Positions 61,086-64,000 of a stretch of DNA of 64,000 bases are shown here, one piece after another. The stretch comes from Callorhinchus milii. Its lineage: Eukaryota. A program made the translations under genes and the position numbers. Under the pieces are notes generated by a model, which did no database searches, was not told the origin of the DNA, and saw only the letters and a list, made by a program, of their open reading frames with translations. Where the stretch lies: assembly GCF_018977255.1 (NCBI RefSeq), contig NW_024704743.1, positions 32,552,001 to 32,616,000 of the forward strand, read 5' to 3'. Numbering within the stretch: position 1 is the first letter of the stretch; every line of letters starts with the position of its first letter.

Positions 61086-64000
61086 CAGGGGTGGGCAATT
61101 ATTTTTACTGGCGGGCCACTTCACGAGTTTTGGTGAGCTTCGTGGGCCACACACTTAACATAGATGCAAATGCTTAATAATAGCTCAAAATCAAATCTTA
61201 CACTTGTATATGCATAAAATAAAGTCTATATAATTGACATTCATTAAAATTAGGTTAAATAAAAACAACTCATTGAGCAGACATTTATTTGATATTTATT
61301 CATTTATTCACATATTGATGAGAAGGTGAGAAGCTCACTCAATGGGAAGAATGAAAGCGCTGATGTGTGTTAACCAGACAATTGAAGTCAGGCATCGTCT
61401 CTGCTGTTGCAATGCGGAGTGGTGCTGCAAGGTGGTCATCAGTCATCACAGATCTATGTTTTGATTTATTGAATTTCATCACAGAAAATGTCTCCTTGCA
61501 TATGTATGTTGATCCAAACAGCAAAGCATCCTCCAGGCATGAGCCTTTATTTTTGGAAAGGTATATTCATTAAGAGAGGCGTAAAAACTGGGAAGCAGCA
61601 CTGATTTGAATTGCTCTGCAAGCAATGGATCACATTGCAGATCAATAAGCTTGAGTTGGAGGTCAAATGGGGCTTTGTCAACATCAAATGAGAAAGGTGA
61701 AGAGACCAAAGACAGGTAATTTTCAATCAAATTGAAATCCTGGAATCGGTGAGAAAATTTGGCATGAAAGTCAAGCAGTGACGAAGTATATTTTTTACAA
61801 CAACAACAAGATTACATTTGTATAGCACCTTTCATGTCAGGAGGACGTCCTAAGGTGTTTTAATGCTTTGATTACAAACAGTAATCTGCTGCAAAGTTGG
61901 AAAGTGGGCGAACAGTCTGTTTCCTATCTGACGCGATAAAAGAAATCATTTTGTTATAAATGACTTTACTGCAATACAAATCGTGCACAAAGACTCCCTT
62001 CCATTGCAGTTTTGAATTCAGTTCATTCATGTGGCCCATGATATCAACGGCAAATGCGAAATCAGATTTGCATCATTCAGCTGTGGGAAATCTGAATCTT
62101 TTTGTTTCATGTCCAAAAATAAATCAATCTCTGTTCTCAGTTCCCACACTCTTTTCAAGACCTTTCCTAAACTTAGCCATCTTACATTCGTGTGATATAC
62201 AACATCCGTGTGCTCGGATTCCAATTCCTCAAGCAGTCACAAATTGCATGTGGTTTAATCCTCTTGCTCGAATGTAGTTGACCACTTTTGTAACTGTGTC
62301 CATGACATTGCTTAGTTTTAGAACACTCTTACAGAGGACCTCTTGGTGGATAATGTAGTGTAGAAAAACAAGATTCTGTTCTGGATTTGTTTCTTTGCCT
62401 TGATCTTGAATTCTTTTCAGTAACCCAACATTTTTGCCTGTCAGGTTTGGGCTTCCATCGGTGGTCACATTCACCAATTTTTTACATAGGAACATAGGAA
62501 TTAGCAGCAGGAGTAGGCCATTTGGCCACTCGAGCCTGCCCTGCCATTCAATAGGATCATGGCTGATCTTCTAACCTAACACCATCTGCCCGCCTTATCC
62601 CCATATCCCTTAATTCCTCTATGCTTTAGAAACCTATCAATCTCAGTCTTGAATATGTTCAAGGACTGAACATCTACAGCCTTCTGAGGTAGAGAATTCC
62701 ATAAATTCACTACCCTCTGAGTGAAGAAGTGTTTCCTCAACTCTGTTCGAAAGGGCTGTCCCTTAATCTTAATACTGTGACCCCTAGTTACAGATTCTCA
62801 AGCCCCAGAAAAATTTTATATGTTTCTATAAGATCACCCTTAATTCTTCTATATTTTAGAGAATATAGGCCTAGTTTACTCAAACTATCCTCATAGATCA
62901 ACCTCCTTATCCCAGGAACTAACCTAGTGAATCTACGCTGCACCCCCTCTAAGGCAAGTATGTTCTTCCTTAAATAAGACCTAAACTGCACACAATATTC
63001 TAGGTGCGCTCTCACCAAGGCCCTAAACAGTTGCAGCAAGACTTCCCTACTCTTGTATTCTAGCCCTTTTTGCAATAAACGCCAACATGCCATTAGCCTT
63101 CCTAGTTGCTTGCTGTACCTGCATACTAACTTTTTGTGACTGGTGTACAAGGACACCCAATCCCTCTGAACCCTAACACTATCTAGTCTCTCCCCCTCCA
63201 GAAAATAATCTGCTTTTCTGTTTTTACTACTTAGGTGAATAACTTCACACTTCCCCACATTATATTCCATCTGCCACCTTCTTGCCCATTCACATAGCCT
63301 ATCTATATCCGTTTGCAATCTTTTTGTGTCATCCTCAGAGCTTACTCTCCCACCTAGCTTAGTATCATCGCAAATTTAGATATTTTAAGATCTATGTCCT
63401 CATCCAGACCATTGATATAGATTGATATATAGCCTCCTGTATAGAGTCAGTTTACCCATCCTCCTCACATGCTTCCTTGTCCACACAGGTTGCAAATATC
63501 TTGTACCTGTTGGACAAGGTTAAAGCCCGGGGCTTCTCCGCCACTCTCTCTGGGGTCCCCTTACCTGCTTGACTTTGTACCCTTTGCTAGGCCTCGGCTC
63601 CGCCCCGCTCCACTCCTAATTTTAAGATACACTTATTCACTGCCTCCAAAAAGTCTTCTCCAGTTGTCGTGTCTTTCATTGACTGCATTGATGCCAATTC
63701 TTCTGTGAGCTCAAAATGTTTGGTGATACCTCGAATAAAAATTATCAACTAGGCTGTGTCTTTGACATCACAACTCTCATCGAGTGCCAGTGAAAAACAT
63801 GCAAGATTGCTTACTTTATTTTTTTAATTGCAGATACAGCTTCTCAGAGATATCTCCGATACATCTCACAATAGTTTGCCTTGGCAAGCTAATGTTCTCA
63901 AACTGCTTTTTCTTATCTGGGTGTAAAATCGAGGCAGAGCCAACCAAACATTGCTTTATAAATTCTCCTTCAGAGGATAGTTTGCTGTTCTTGGCGATTT
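61086..64000 (-). mobile_element. Decayed hAT (Charlie/GTF2IRD2-like) DNA transposon, continuing beyond the window
   Basis: TIR CAGGGGTGGGCAA at 61086 after 8-mer GTATAATA; transposase fragments FSLALDESCDVKDTA*LIIFIRG, TTDGSPNLTG, HYIIHQEVLC, VRWLSLGKVLKR, FGSTYICKETFSVMKFNKSKHRS. Confidence 0.9.
62484..63615 (-). mobile_element. CR1 LINE inserted in the hAT transposase
   Basis: WQMEYNVGKCEVIH, LLQLFRALVRAHLEYCVQF; 3' tail ttcctatgttcctatgt. Confidence 0.92.

Noticed and set aside
61339..62495. Domesticated GTF2IRD2/EPM2AIP1-like gene
   Set aside because: Frameshifts, stops, nested LINEs and a retained TIR indicate a dead transposon

Overview
Repeat-rich vertebrate genomic DNA. The SINE/L2/CR1/Penelope-like repeat mix suggests a cartilaginous fish, probably a chimaera such as Callorhinchus (inferred from repeat types only). 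Two genes are recognisable. rbm24: coding exons 2 and 3 are on the + strand (30875-30998, 31280-31334), the terminal coding exon and 3'UTR are on the - strand (20341-20677), and exon 1 was not found. stmnd1: the last three coding exons are on the - strand (55017-54857, 53778-53644, 51104-50781). The split-strand rbm24 is the most striking feature. It most likely reflects a misoriented assembly block near a CA-to-GT repeat flip (~24.3-24.5 kb) and a 25-N gap (31996-32020), but a real inversion is not excluded. About 6.3 kb of GU-rich minisatellite sits directly upstream of rbm24 exon 2. A candidate alternative terminal exon (21529-21457) has GUGUG and UGCAUG in its 3' splice site, suggesting autoregulation. 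The rest is mostly L2, CR1 and Tx1/L1 fragments, tRNA-derived SINEs, a decayed hAT transposon with nested LINEs, and an unexplained spliced gene-like relic at ~58.3-60.1 kb. No prokaryotic system or CRISPR array is present.
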